From assembly GCA_037447605.1 (NCBI GenBank), contig CM074806.1, positions 1,364,001-1,428,000 of the forward strand: a stretch of 64,000 bases of DNA. Reading direction: 5' to 3'. Positions within the stretch are counted from its first letter, which is position 1. The number at the start of each line of letters is the position of its first letter. This document shows, in pieces, positions 25,101 through 38,332 of the stretch. This DNA comes from Zygnema circumcarinatum SAG 698-1b. Its lineage: Eukaryota; Plantae; Zygnematophyceae. Below the pieces are notes generated by a model. The model was not told the origin of the DNA, did not search any database, and saw nothing but the letters and a program-made list of their open reading frames with translations. The translations under genes were made by a program, and so were the position numbers.

Positions 25101-26743
25101 GAGACATTCTGAGCAGAAGATGGACTGGACCAACCTTGCCTTGTGAACCAACGATCGTTGAGTCCAGAACATGAGTCAGTGCAAGCTTCAGCATAGGCAA
25201 TAATGTTATTGGCGAAAAATGAATGCACACAGCGCCCACTAGCACTGACTCAATGATTGGTGGTGACACTTGCAGGCTCACCTTCTTCATGAACAAACGG
25301 TCGAATTTACTTTACAGCAGCTTGAGATCTTCGCTTTTACCCCAAAAGGAGATGTGCCAATGATTTAGACCCTTGGAGGCTGGCATGTTGTTCCTCAGCA
25401 AGCAACGACCAGCAATGGAAGCTTCGAGTGTAACAATGATGCTTGGGGCTTTCAAACTTTTTGTTGAGACTACACTGACTACAAAAAGATGACGCTGCTA
25501 AATCTTTGCAAAAATGCCACTGAGTCCTAAACGTTTTACTTGTCCGCAAAATGTTGATATCTAACATCATCAGGTGTGAGTCCAACTACAATGCTCGATG
25601 CAGTAAGCGAGCAAAAATTGCTCATCTCCATCTCTATCTTTTGCCAAATCACTTATCTCTTATCTCCTCCAAGCATGGTTAGGGATGGCCGACTGCCTGT
25701 GTCTGCCCCCACTTTCGTGGAGTAACGAGCTTGGGCCATCTTCATATTCCAAATTAAAACTCTTCGAGATACGACCGACAGATTAAGGAAAGAAGGATAA
25801 GAAACGTCAAACAATGAGTCCAAGCCTCGACATCTCACCTTCCAAAAAGAAAAAAAAAGAAAAAAAATGCCCCGACATTGCATCCATCGCCAACGCTGCT
25901 TGCTGTGCCGAGCAGGAGCGAAAGGCCGAGCGAGCCCTGCCTGCCATTCTTTTCTATTGCTTGTAGAAGAACGCGAGAGAGCATGTCCCGGAGAAGGGCG
26001 CGTCCTCTTCTCCCTCTCGCTCCCTCTTGCGGCGGAGCGAGAGCGAGAGCGAGCCCTAACAAGAAACTGCGACCCAAGTGCCGTCGCCTCGCGCCATGAG
26101 GTGGTGCAGGTTTTGAAGCCACGAAGTGGGCGCAGCTACTTACTGTAGAGGAGGGATTTTCCTCAAAGATGCATTTGCGTCTCTGAGGGTTGAAGTAAGG
26201 GAACTGAAGCTGGCATCGGTTTTCAGTAGGGACATACTGGCGCAAGGCATGGAAGGAGAAGGTTCAAGAGGTCTCAGGCGGTTCCGCTTTCAAGGAGCTC
26301 GTTTCGCCGGAAAGGATGGGACTTTACCCGTCTTGTTAAGGCTTTTTAAATGTATAGAATGCACTCTCACCCTTTATGGCTGACAGAAAGAACGTTCACA
26401 AGCTCTTCGGTCCACAGTGCAATACAGCTTTCAGACTGTTTCGGGAAATGATTTTGCAGCTTAGGTCTTTTTTGCAACGACGATATCTTATCTTCGACAA
26501 CAGTTCACAGCAGTTTCCGAGAATAGATTTCCCTCTTCGTTTTATACGTGCATCCGCTTTCTGCCCTTTGTAGGGTTGCTGCTCGTCATGCCGGTGCCCT
26601 GCTTTTGCACTTCTGGGCCCGCTTTGCATTAGAAACAGGTCTGAGTCCCGTGAGACACGCTTGCAATTGCAGTAAAAACCGTTGTCAGGTACCTCCGGGC
26701 ATTTCTCATCACAACAAACAGCTCAGCATCCTAAGCAAGTGGC

Positions 26744-29700
26744 ATGAGCTCGACCAAAAACCAAGCAAAGGGAACTGCTGGGAGAAGAGCCAATGCTGCA
26801 GCTAGTCACGGGGTGAAAGGCAAAGAAGAGCATCTTGTTAGTGGAGAGACAAAGGGAGACAACTTGAGTGAGTCATCTGGCAGCACTATGAAGTCTCGAT
26901 TAGACAGTAACTCGAGTAGTCTTTTGAATAGAGAGCGGTTAGTGAAACCTGCAGGATGGCATGCCTTTTCTAAGCAGCAATTAGGCTCTTCATTAAAGGA
27001 AGGTCAAAACAATAGAAAGCCACTCGTAACTATGAGAGGCCTACCCTCTCTTGTCCTACAAAGTACTGAATTGAAAGAAGCGGACTTTCCTGCTTTACAT
27101 GCGGCAGAACGTAACAGACAAGATCAGAACACGTCCGAGGAGATGAGCGATAGCGGGCAAACACTTGCATCCACAGTCGTGGAAAGTCAAGACTTTGGTT
27201 CTATTGCGGACAAGAGCCTACCTTGTTCAACGCAAAGTGAACCAGATAATAGGTCTCACCAAATCCTACCTGATTTTCATGAACTCGAAGCACTAGATCT
27301 TCGACAGGGAAGGAGAAGGAAAGGTCTGCCTTCAACGCAAGCTTTGCATTCAACTGGCGTGAAACACATCGCAGGCTCTCACTCAGCGTGGCAGGTTTCT
27401 TCAAGCATGCGACCTAAGGCAGGTGGACATCTGCCAAGGGACGAAAGCAATCAGAGTGAGGAGCAGGAGGACAAAGTTTTGCAAGAGTTGGCAATAACGT
27501 TTCCTCAAGTGGACGTTGACTTTCTGCAAGAAGTACTTGACGGTGTTGGATGGAATAATAGGGATGCTGAGCGCTGTCTCCAGGACATGGGTCTCGCTAA
27601 TAGGGAAAGGATACACGGTGACAAAAGTAATAAGGCTCTTGAAAAAGCTACAACTAGTGCATACCAGGAACTAAATAGCACTGTGAAAATGCTGGACATG
27701 GGACATCCAGGAACCATCGTAGAAGATAACATGAATGATGAGGGAGTGAGTTCAGGAACGCAAACTGTGGCAGAAACTGATGAAGGGACCCAGGAGGACG
27801 ATCTCTATCACATGTACAGAGGCAGTGCCTTGAAAGTCTCCAGGTGATAATTTGACTATCCTGATTAGCATGTACTGATGGGGTTCAGGAATAAATGGTA
27901 TCCTTCCCAGTGTTGGAAGAAATCCCGAAGTTACCTAAGGGTTATCAAAAAAAAACCCAACTCGGGTTTGTAACTTGTAACTTGTAACTCGGCTACCGTT
28001 TGGTTTTTTCGTTTGCAGCTCTATGTTTCACATAATCCTCTGTTGTGTTTTTCATTTCCCAGGCCAGCTTCAATGATCACGTAGTACTGTGCACAGAATA
28101 TGAAGATGAAAGCATTGTCTGTTGTGATCAAGGTATTCTTTTCGATCATTGATAAGCTTGTTAGCTTCAGAAGGGGGAAAGGTGTTCTTTTCACAAAATT
28201 ATCTTGGCTACCTTGTCTGTCATTCCTTCCTCTCAAGTGTTGCTTGCAGGCAAGTCCTTCAGCATTCTGGGAGAGACTGACGGAAATTTGAAGTGTTGTG
28301 CCTGACTGACTGTTAAAGGATCTTTCTGATCCTACGCTACGTGTGGCTGGTTGGGTGATCTCTTGCTCCGTTGCGTTGGGAACATGTGCAGGGCTCGAAG
28401 TCGCCATGCCCGGAGTGCAGCAAATGCGTTCATGAATGGCGATCACAGGAGAGCTCGGGAGTTGTCGCGAACAGCTCGAGAAGAAGAGCGTCTCGCTGAG
28501 GCCCTGCACTCGGAAGCTGCAGAGCGAATCTTGCAAGCTCGCAATGCTCACAGGTGGCATGCCAGTGCTGACCCTTGCACTCATTCAGAAGCACAGCTGA
28601 ACAATAAGTAGTGCATTCCGGAGTCCACTCGATTGGATTTTTCGTCTTCTCATAATGGTGCTCTTTTCTAGCTCTGCCGTGTTATATCAGTTTGCCATGA
28701 ATTCACAATGTGATGGCAAAGTGTCTGCCTGACTTGTTCGCGAAATCGATTGACCTTGTGGCCTTCCCTGTGGTCCTCTGATTTTGCCATTTTTTTAAGT
28801 AAAGTTTGAAGTAGTCTTTGTTATCCCCTCTGCAATATTGGAACGACCTCATATGCTCAAGGTGTTCACCTTTCAAGTACGATCTATTCTTCTTTACTTC
28901 AACTTGATTTATGGCCTCGTACTTTTCACACTGTAACTACTTTAAAACGCTGATACCTGTTTTGTTTGTTCCTCATGGCAGGCCTGGTGGCATCTATGAG
29001 CTTGATCTCCATGGCCTCCATGGCCCGGAAGCTGTCTCAGCTTTATGGCATCGGCTCTCAGAGCTGGAGCATCAGCCTCTTCATTTCTCAGGGAGGGCTT
29101 CTCTTCAAGCGCTTGGACAGCCTGTGTCACATGTGGCTGCTTCAAAGGCTGCTGTTCTCCATAGGCCCGAGCTTACAGTTATCACAGGTGAGCAATGGGA
29201 GAGTCCTGTCAGCATCAGAGATGCAGCACAGGAGGGCTACATCCCTTTTCTCAGATTCAGAAAGGGTTTGGAGCTCAACTGAGGAAATTCATCGCATTCA
29301 TGGATTAGAGCCAAAGCATTTAAGGCATTTGAGGAAGTAGAAGCTTGGATTATAAACGGTTCTGATGACAATGCTAGATACTTCTCGAATTGAATGGCAC
29401 AAATAGCATAGAAGCCATCCTAAGCAAAACATTGGGTAGTGGTTCAGTCGATAATTGGCCATCTGTTGCAGCCTTGGACTGGAAGATGAAGTCTTTGGCC
29501 AGACGCCTACACATTTGCAACGCTGCGGACCAGAGAATATCAGGCGACCAGCGACGAATGACACAGAAATTGCCAGCAGGAAGGGGAGGCAAAACTGCTC
29601 TACATCGGAGCAATCGCATCTTTGATATCTGCTAATGAACTGTCTTCTTGATTTGTGGACGATGTGTTCCTTGACAGGACAAGGAAAGCACAGCAAAGGA

Positions 29701-29987
29701 GATGGAGGCGCTGCCTTACCCTCATTTATTACGTCTTTCTTGGTAGAAAATGGGTGTGTGCTTTGCTTACCCTCAACCGTCTCCTCTCCTGTTTAGCCGT
29801 TTCCTTTTGCAATTTTGGTTATGCCCATATGCCAGTTAGGAAGTAAACTTTTCATTATCGTCTTTCCCCTTGCTGGTGATTAACACCTCCGGGCAATGCG
29901 GGGTGCAGGTACTCCTTCCGGCAGGCAAAGCCTGGTGTGTTTGCAGTCCGGCCAAAAGTGCAGTTCACAGCGCATACTTTGCAGTGA
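26744..29987 (+). CDS. CUE-like + DUF1771 + Smr (MutS2-related) domain protein, 5 exons: 26744-27843, 28392-28553, 28982-29187, 29678-29753, 29909-29987
   Basis: LQELAITFPQVDVDFLQEVL (CUE-like), AANAFMNGDHRRARELSRTARE...AAERILQARN (DUF1771), ELDLHGLHGPEAV, VITGQGKHS, KPGVFAVRPK (Smr). Phases are consistent. Confidence 0.88.
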
Positions 29988-30599
29988 CAGCTGTTCCATC
30001 TGAAGGTGCTTAGATGAAAGCTTAATTAATTAGTGGCAGGTAGAAAAATAAGATGTACGGTATGTAGGCTCTTGGAATTAGAGTCACATTTAGATGTCGA
30101 CAAGCTGTTCCTTCAAAAATATGTGTCGTTCCAGTGTCGTACTAACCTTATCTGCACCTGATGGGTGACTTTCCAATATTATTCAGTGAATCACTTGACC
30201 CAGATGAACCTATGAAAGTGAACATGGTACTTACAACTGGCAGTGATGAAGCTATTATGGGCAGAGGAGCTGTTGTTCGTGTCGTGAAGCACCAAAAATC
30301 GAACCAAGGCCATGCTGTTGTTTAACCATCTCATGGAGAGTGACAACTTCCATCATGCCTTTTTGAGGTTTAGCCAAATGAAATGTTAAGGGTTCCTGAG
30401 GTCCTCAGCCGCAAAGGCTAGCTGGATGTAATGTGTAAGAAGGAGAAAGGACGCGCAGTTTGCAATCATTTTTAAAAGAGATTGAAGATTTTTGAGGTTG
30501 GTAGTAATTGGTATTGAACGGAGCGTGATTACAAGTTATTGCGGGCCAAGCTGTATTCAACCTCTAATGTCTTTACCTCTTCTGCCTCTCTTCTTCTTT

Positions 30600-30661
30600 A
30601 TTGATCTGACGATGGCGAGGCCATCAAATGTACATGGACAAAATCAGGTCGCAAAGGACCT
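30600..30661 (+). repeat. Dispersed ~95-bp repeat, copy C (5'-truncated, ~25-nt internal deletion)
   Basis: attgatctgacgatggcgaggccatcaaatgtacatggacaaaatca|ggtcgcaaaggacct. Confidence 0.88.
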
Positions 30662-32180
30662 AAGGATAAAAGATAAAAGATAGGATCGGAAAGCTACGCT
30701 TAGGCTCAACAACGCAGCCCTCCCTCGAAGCAGCCGCGAAGGTCGTCGAAGTATATGCGTTTACAGCCGAACATGAAGCAGAACAAGGTAGAAACTCATA
30801 CGCCGTTGAATTTAACGGCATGCAAACGCAATCGGCATCAGTTTCTGCACCTAATCTAGAAGCGCGCGTCTGTTCCCCATCTTTGCGGACCCGCCACGTC
30901 ATAGTGATCGCTGCAAGATTTCAGAAAGCCTGCACAAGGAAACTCTCGGACTCTTTTCCTCTGCCTCCGAAAAATCCTGCAAAGCAACAAGGCCTCTGGC
31001 CATACAGAAAACAGTGATGCAGTCAGCTGGTGAGTGGGGAAAAGGGATCTGACCTAGGACAAAAACTTTGCACCAATTAGAAAGTCTTTATTAGCCTGGG
31101 AAAGAAATTTAAACGAAGGTTTGAAGGAGACCATAAGAAAATTCCAAAAAATATATGGCACGTCTTTGTGGGCGGTCAATACTCATGGAACGCCCACCTA
31201 AAGTGATGCCATCGGCAATCAAGCCATTTCTTTTTGTCCATGTTTACAGCAAGTACGCCCCAAATGCGTCCCACCAAGAATTAGGACAGTCCATCCTTCA
31301 CAACCACTAAGAACTGAAATCCCTTGAACCACTGGACGATGCAACATCTACGTAGTGCCTGCCAACTCGGTGATGGAGGACAGGCTAGAGGCTCACAGCA
31401 GGTTGACGTTGTCGAATTACGAAGTAGGGCTGAAAACCATCCGTTCATTTTAACTCCACGGTGGCAACCTTCCCAACCTCGTCCACCGTCCGCATGGTCT
31501 GTTGCATTCTGCAACCCCCGCCACTGCAGCCCTCGTGTTGGCTGTCATGAATGAGTTTCAGAGGTGGTGGAAGCAACTAGAAAATAGAGTGCAATTCATT
31601 TCATTCCATAGTGTGTGGATGGTCATCGCTGGTGAAGATCGTCCACTCACCTAAGCATAGCTAGCACCTGCACAGCCGCCACTTCTGGTGTGGCAGGCGA
31701 AAAAGTCTTCAACATGTTTCCTCGCTCATTTCAGGGGGGCACATCTGCATTTGGAAGGCAAAAAACAAAAAATCTGGAAGGGTTAAGCTTCCTTCAGCAT
31801 CCATTGTACCGGCAAGTATAATATGGATGCAATAGATTTGATTCGCGAACAAACGCATCACCAATCGAGTAAGGATAACGCTCTATCAGCAACAACATAT
31901 GCCGAGTACACATGCCACATCAGGGAGGTTAAGTCAAGCAAACATTGCTGCTAAGGGCTGGAAAAACGAAAGAATACAGGGAGGATAAGGTCAACACCAG
32001 CTAACCTTGTAGCCGGTAATGACCTGCTACTCTTCCTGCAGCAGAGGCTGCAGGAAGAAAACGCCAGTAAAGACACGTCCCTTGTCTCTCCTTGGGGAGC
32101 CATGGAATTACCGCCCCTTCCCTGCAACTGCTTCCACTTGGCCGAAGAGCCCTGAAGCTTTGAACTCTGCCCTGGACCCC

Positions 32181-35100
32181 TTACGGCTCCGTCTCCATGT
32201 CCAAGTTCCGTTTCCAGTTTTCCTTTTCAGCTGCGAACCTGAACGTGCGGCTCGGCTTGAATTTGGTTTGAAATCATATTTCATTTCACCTCGTTTTGTA
32301 CCGAATGCAAAGAATGCGAAGATGCGAAATTTGCGATGGAAACTTGGGAACCGGTCGTGCCACAAAACCTTACAAAGTTTCAATTTTGGTTTTGCTTACA
32401 TGAAAACAGACCCGGACGGAGTTATGTTTAGGCTACGAAAGTTTCACGGAAAGCATCTTGCTCAAATGCGAAGGGGAATTAGCACTGATCTCACGCATGG
32501 CGATGTCATCAAATGCACACGGAGAAATTCAGCATGGAGAACCACGAGGAACCTGTCACGGAGGACTTGAGGGCGATACAAAAAAGCTATAAGCTGAAAT
32601 CTGCTTCTAAGCTCAACAGCGCGGCCCTAGAAGCACTTAATCTTGCTCATTCTTGCTTTTCATGTTCCAAGCTTGGGAGGAACGCGGGACGATGCCCAAC
32701 ATGACATCCTCGATTCAACAGTTAGGCTTCTATTATTCAATCATCACACTACCAGCATGGCAACACCTTCACAAGTTTTGCTCGCAGTCAACAAGGCAGT
32801 AAACTTATCAAGCAAAGACTTCTGACAGCCATGACGTAAAACTGTTGAAGAAACTAGAGATCGATTCCGGTCTACCTGCTGATAAAAAACCACATGTTCG
32901 CTAAAGCACCGCTCAATCAACAACTACATTGGGAAAAATTTTAACTGTTCTAGTCGACATGCCATGGCTAACACCCCTCGTTGCCCTGTGAACCCACAAC
33001 CCATCGAATCCTTGCTTCTAGCTACTGAACTTGCTCGACCTCCAAAAGACCACCTCGTGTGACAGAAGTCACGTGAAAACAGAACTGCTAGTGAACCGTG
33101 AAAGGCTCCGAGTACGGTACTCCCGCATACCCAAACAAAGCTCGGCACTTTGACACCCTTGACAAAACTGCAGCCCACCTTCAAAACAGCCAATGCCTAG
33201 TACATAAACGTGGAAGAATGCATGTACCCATGTAACGACCTGAATGTTTGTAGTCGAATTGCTCTTGCATCCAAAAGGCGCACATCAGCTAAGAACTCCT
33301 GCATGCACTAAGATGACAAATTTGAACTTGTGTCCTCACATCGTCCAAAGTCCCGCACCCGCAAGCCCATAATTCCGCAAACTTCGTCGACCTTCTCTTG
33401 CAGCGGCGAAATTTTGAATCGTGACGAGGATGAATTTACGTCAAGCTCCTCAGCAAAGTCCTCAAACTGAGTTAAAGGCGCTCTGGGAATCGTTGCTGCT
33501 ACAGTCATTCCTTCACCAAAATTCTGCTCACCTCCAGAAGCCACTGCACCATGCCCCCCTGAACCGTATTTAAGCCCAGCAAAATCGCCAGACGAAAAGT
33601 CTGAGTCCTTGCTGCCTGATTCGCTGAATTCATGCACACCCCGTTCTTCTCCCTCCTCAACTACGAAGTCCTCCGTCGCCTCAATCCACACGATGTTGCC
33701 CTCTCCTTCTGAAGCCACTCTAGCTCTGTCTATCGGAAATGATTCAGAATCTGCTCCATTCATTGCAGTCCTCACGACCAAGTGCGGCCACATTTCCAGA
33801 CCTTGCCCCACTAGACCATGGCCACCCCTCTCGTTTTCCTCAACAATGCCATCCGAACCCCCTTCCGCCGCCTCTGTCACTGACTCCCATTCATCCGGTA
33901 GACTCATATACTCATCTTCCTCAGTTCGAACACTCTCGCAAGATGCTCCTCTCACACGAAGGCCTGCTGCAGAATTCAGCGACATGACATTGGCCGAAGT
34001 GATCCCGTCTGGGTTTTCCAATTCTTCTTCAAGGAACTGATGCTCCCCAAACCGCCCTGAACTTTCATGTGCATCGTTAAAACTACCACTACCTTCGATT
34101 CCATTACCGACGACTTGCCCCATACTGAGGATAGCTTCGTTTCTTTCGTCCTTATCATTCAAATTATTGGTTGATATATCGGAATTCTCATCCATCGAGA
34201 GTCGAGCGATTGGATGAAATTCTAACTCATAAAGTGCCACAGTGCCTGATGGCTCAATCACATCGTCAGAAGACGTAGATAGTGTCGGTAAACTATCTTC
34301 TCGCTGCTCATTTATTGGAGCGAGTTGAAGTCCGGCTGCAAAAAAGGGACTTGCAGGTGTTCCTTCGACAGGGGGCAAACTGTCCACTTTCTTCCTGCAG
34401 ACAACATAATAAACCCGCTCTATGTGACAAAAAATCACTCCACTCACCATCACCAATTTCCTGTAGTTAGTGGAAGAAAACACCCATCCATGCACAATGC
34501 AAAAGACCCATTGTAAACAATCCAGTGGAGGACCCCATGCTGATGCGAGCTGCACAATAACACAAATCACAAACAAAAATCAACTAAACACAAATCTATG
34601 AATTTCGGCGAGTACGGTAATAAATAATGCCTGCTGTTACAGTTTCAGACTGTTTGCAATTAACTGCAAATGCCAAACACATAACTTTTTTCAAAAGCAC
34701 AAGAATGTCTCTCAAGGTCTAAAGCAAACCCTCAAAACTCCAAATTTACCTTAGTTGAGCTTAGCTCAACTGTCTGTGTCAGCATCCAATGTGCACAAAA
34801 TTATCAGATATAGGGCAATTCATGTTGTTGGCAGACTATGCGATGGCGTTGTCCCATGAAAATAGCTGCAATTGGAAAGTTCCAAGGCGGGCTTACTCTT
34901 CAATGCTCGAAAACAATGTGCTCTCCGTGAGAATCTGTATCCTTTTGAGCTCTACATTAAGCGACGACGCGAGCTGGACGCTGAAGGGCTCCAAAAGAAG
35001 TGTCACAATCTGCATCACACACACCGAAACAACCGAGCTGGTATCCACATACTGGTCGAAAAGACAGGATGATGGGGAAAGACGGGCGAGAAGTGACTAA

Positions 35101-36523
35101 TGTCAGTCCAACTCATAAGCTCCTCCCAGACAACACCCAAAGAAAGGGTCTCAAGCACAGGAAAGTGTCCACCCATTAACGATTTAGCAGAGCATTGGTT
35201 AGATAATCAGCAAAAACGAAAATTTGCCACTATCGACTATACATCTAAAGCTCCGTTGACAAATTGAAGTCACGCACTTTTTACGACAATCGATCGCTTT
35301 GCCGATTCATTTTAAACTTTTTCATCATCGATACATGTTTTGCAGTCATTGAAATACTAATATGTAATGGTTACCATTGACAAAAGCCTTCTCGTAGTTT
35401 CCATGCAGCTGCAGGCTCGCCATTTCCAGTTGGAGGGTAAAAAACCCCATCTGACTACAACCTGTACACGTGCATTTCCAGGATGTCGGAATAGAAAGTT
35501 GCACATACAACCAATACAAGAAAAAAGAGGGAAGAGAATTCATGCACCTCTAAAAAAAATGCATTTCACACGAGAAATTTTTGTAGTTTACAAAGAATCT
35601 CTTCAGGTATCAAGCAGAATCACTTAATGCTGCAGCCAGTCGCATTGTAAGCCACGTTTCCGAACACTGGCCTAGTGATTACCCTGGGATTCCAAAAGCC
35701 TACACAACTTCAGGTCATGGTAATGATGCTCTGCAGTCACCCAACGGCTGTGATTGTTTGACGAGGAAGCAGAATGAAATCAATAGTGGAGGTTTGAAAA
35801 ACGTCTGCCACCTCCCTCGTAAGCACATGATAATCAACCACAAATTCTTCAAGTAGCTTTTATGTTTCTGTATTCTAGCTCTCACCTTTATAGCAACATC
35901 AACGAGCGCATCAATCAGCCTTTTCGCGCCTCGAGGAAGAACTACGTCGGTTGCATGGCTTACAAGGGCAGAAAAAAGGAGACCCGCAGAGATGATACAG
36001 GAGACTAAGAATCTGCAGTAATGAGAAAGAATGACAGAAATCAGCACACGCAGAGAAGACTATTGAAACGTATCTGGAATGAGCAGCTGCAACACATCTA
36101 GCGATTGGGTTAGAAAGTCTGCGCAAGTCGCCTGATTGCAAAACCGGACGATGTGATTCACAATCCTGCAATTTTAGTTGCTTCTTTCCAGCAACACTAA
36201 TTGAACAAATGTGCTAACCGTGAATTCCACTTTCTTTGGTCATCCTCCAAAGCTTATCCATTCTAAAACTTGCAAATACGCAGATGACAAAGGTTGAAAC
36301 ACAAACGCTTGACATCATGCAAAACAACAGCTTTCCCAAAGCTCAACCAACCCTGACAGGACGCTGCTATCATATAAGCCTCCGAATCACAACTGAAACA
36401 AGCCAATCACTTAGCAGTTCCACCAACCGCTCAGCCAGAGCCCTCCGACGCTTCAGTACCACAGCAACGACCAGAGTCAGCAGGCGAGCAGCCCAGCGCC
36501 ACGCACCTGAAGAAGGTCGCCAT
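32181..36523 (-). CDS. Hypothetical protein with a helical N-terminus and a large acidic disordered exon; 3' end tentative
   Basis: gccgccATGG at 36523. In-phase exons read MATFFR / IVNHIVRFCNQATCADFLTQSLDVLQLLIPDT / FLVSCII...DVAIK / YVDTSS...SSIEE / a large exon (~34400-33380) / VDRNRSL...KTCE / AEKENWKRNLDMETEP*. No family recognised. Confidence 0.6.
32471..32566 (+). repeat. Dispersed ~95-bp repeat, copy D (most diverged; probably intronic, antisense to the host gene)
   Basis: gcactgatctcacgcatggcgatgtcatcaaatgcacacggagaaattcagcatggagaaccacgaggaacctgtcacggaggac aligns over the full length. Confidence 0.75.
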
Positions 36524-36952
36524 GGCGGCCAGCAGGCCCCGCCTCCGCCTCCGCCTCCGCCTCCGCCTCCCCGCGCAGGGCAGAGCAGCGAGGCCCAGGG
36601 CGGGGATCTTGGGAGGGGAGGGGGCCTCAGCGGCTGCCACGTGGCGCCTCGCTGGAGCCCTGCGACCCAATTGGCGGGCGATGACTCGGACGCCAAGTGG
36701 CTACCCGCGGGTGGGCGTGACATGGCAGCTGACGTGGCGCGTGCTCCTGCCAGCACGTGGTGAAAAATTAAAAACAGGAATACGTGGCGGACGAGGGCCG
36801 TATGGACGAGCCGCCTGCACGCGCGGAGCCAGTCGCGGCCCGCCACGTGTCCAATAGTATGAAATTCGCCGTGTGAAATTGCACGAATTCGAGCGAGATG
36901 ATGCGTGTGCGGACGGGACCTCCACGGACTCGCTCCTGGCCGCGGGACGGAG

Positions 36953-37129
36953 TTAGGGCTGGGACTTGGGGTTGGGGTTGGGCTAGGGTCGGGATTAGGG
37001 TTAGGGTTAGGATTAGGGTTAGGGATAGGGGTAGTTTAGGGTTAGGGTTAGGATTAGGGTTGGGGTTTTGGGTTAGGGTTAGGATTAGGGTTAGGGTTAT
37101 GGATAGTTTTTAGGGTTAGGGTTAGGGTT
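36953..37129 (+). repeat. Interstitial telomere-like (TTAGGG)n degenerate array
   Basis: About 14 exact TTAGGG units plus TTAGGA and TTGGGG variants. Confidence 0.9.
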
Positions 37130-37492
37130 CCATAAGCGCCATCCATACTATGTCGCAACAGTTGGAGTCACATCGAAGGGCTTTCGCATTCTCACCTGCT
37201 GGCTCTTTTCATTACCACCATCATGCTCGCGTTTGCAAAGAAAAGTGTCTCTGCTGTTATCTAAAGTCTAAATGGAATTTTTTTAATGATAATAATTCAT
37301 GCTTTTTAAAAAGATAAACTATTTATCGAGAAATGGCATTGATCTCAACCATTTATCTACTTTTATATCCTTAGAAAAGAGTGCGCAAGTTGGAGGATAG
37401 CCGTTTGGTTCGTGATAGGGGTACGCAGATGGCTGCCGGCCGGATGGACAGTAAGCCGAAGGAGATAGAGGATGAGTGGCCGATGTCGAAAA

Positions 37493-37589
37493 AGGGAGGA
37501 AGTGGCATTGATCTCGCGATGGCGAGGCCATCAAATGGACATGGACAAAATCAGCATGGGGAACCAAGAGGCAATGGTCGCAAAGGACC
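37493..37589 (+). repeat. Dispersed ~95-bp repeat, copy E (full length)
   Basis: ggaggaagtggcattgatctcgcgatggcgaggccatcaaatggacatggacaaaatcagcatggggaaccaagaggcaatggtcgcaaaggacc. Confidence 0.92.
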
Positions 37590-38332
37590 CTTTGGGTAAT
37601 TTCTTGCGAGACTTTACTCGTCAATGGCTGAACTTGTTTTTGTGCTGACTTAGACTGCAAAAGCGCCACTGGCGACATCGCCTATACCCCGCTGCGGGGC
37701 ATAATCCGCTCATGACATCATGGGAGGCAACTCATACGCAGACACAGATCGCACTCACGGTAATAGAATGCTTGATTGTCCCAAAACATCGAGGAATAGA
37801 GGCGACGAGCAACAAAAAAAAAAACCCGGATGAAGCCGTAGTGGAAGGGTCCTCAATAAGGACCTTAAACCAACTTCGTCGGTAAAGCTTGTGCAGTTTT
37901 ACCATCGAAAGAACGAAAAAACAAAAATATTCAAAATGTTGTCGAGATGTTGTTCTGCAGAAAGTGTGAGAAGGAATCGACTGAGGGAAAGGCCGCGGTT
38001 CCATGCGAGCACGGCCTCTCCTCCGTTCCGTTTCAGATAACGCTCAGCGGAACTGCGTCATGCACCGGTCGATTCGCATGCGCGACGAGCGGTCAGGATC
38101 GCGCCACGTGGCCCCTCGGAAGCCCTCGCCTTGACTTCGGCGACCTCTCGCACGAGAGGCGCGGGGGGAGCCACGTTCGCTCTCTTGACCGAGCCATAGC
38201 GGGGGAGAGGGAGAGGAGAGGGAGAGGGAGAGGGAGAGGGAGAGGGCGTGCAGGGGGCTGCTTCTGCAGAATCGTGAGAGAAGCGGGGGGGAGAGAGGCG
38301 GAGGGAGGGAGGAGCCTGAGAAGCGCGCGGCC

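Noticed and set aside
24851-25296. Minus-strand ORFs and donor-like sites suggesting a gene convergent with the protease
   Set aside because: They overlap the protease's last exon; no consistent model or homology.
27926-28003. Small inverted repeat (ccgaagttac / gtaactcgg), AAACCC hairpin and tgtaact x3 in the Smr intron
   Set aside because: Too short and single-copy here to call a MITE.
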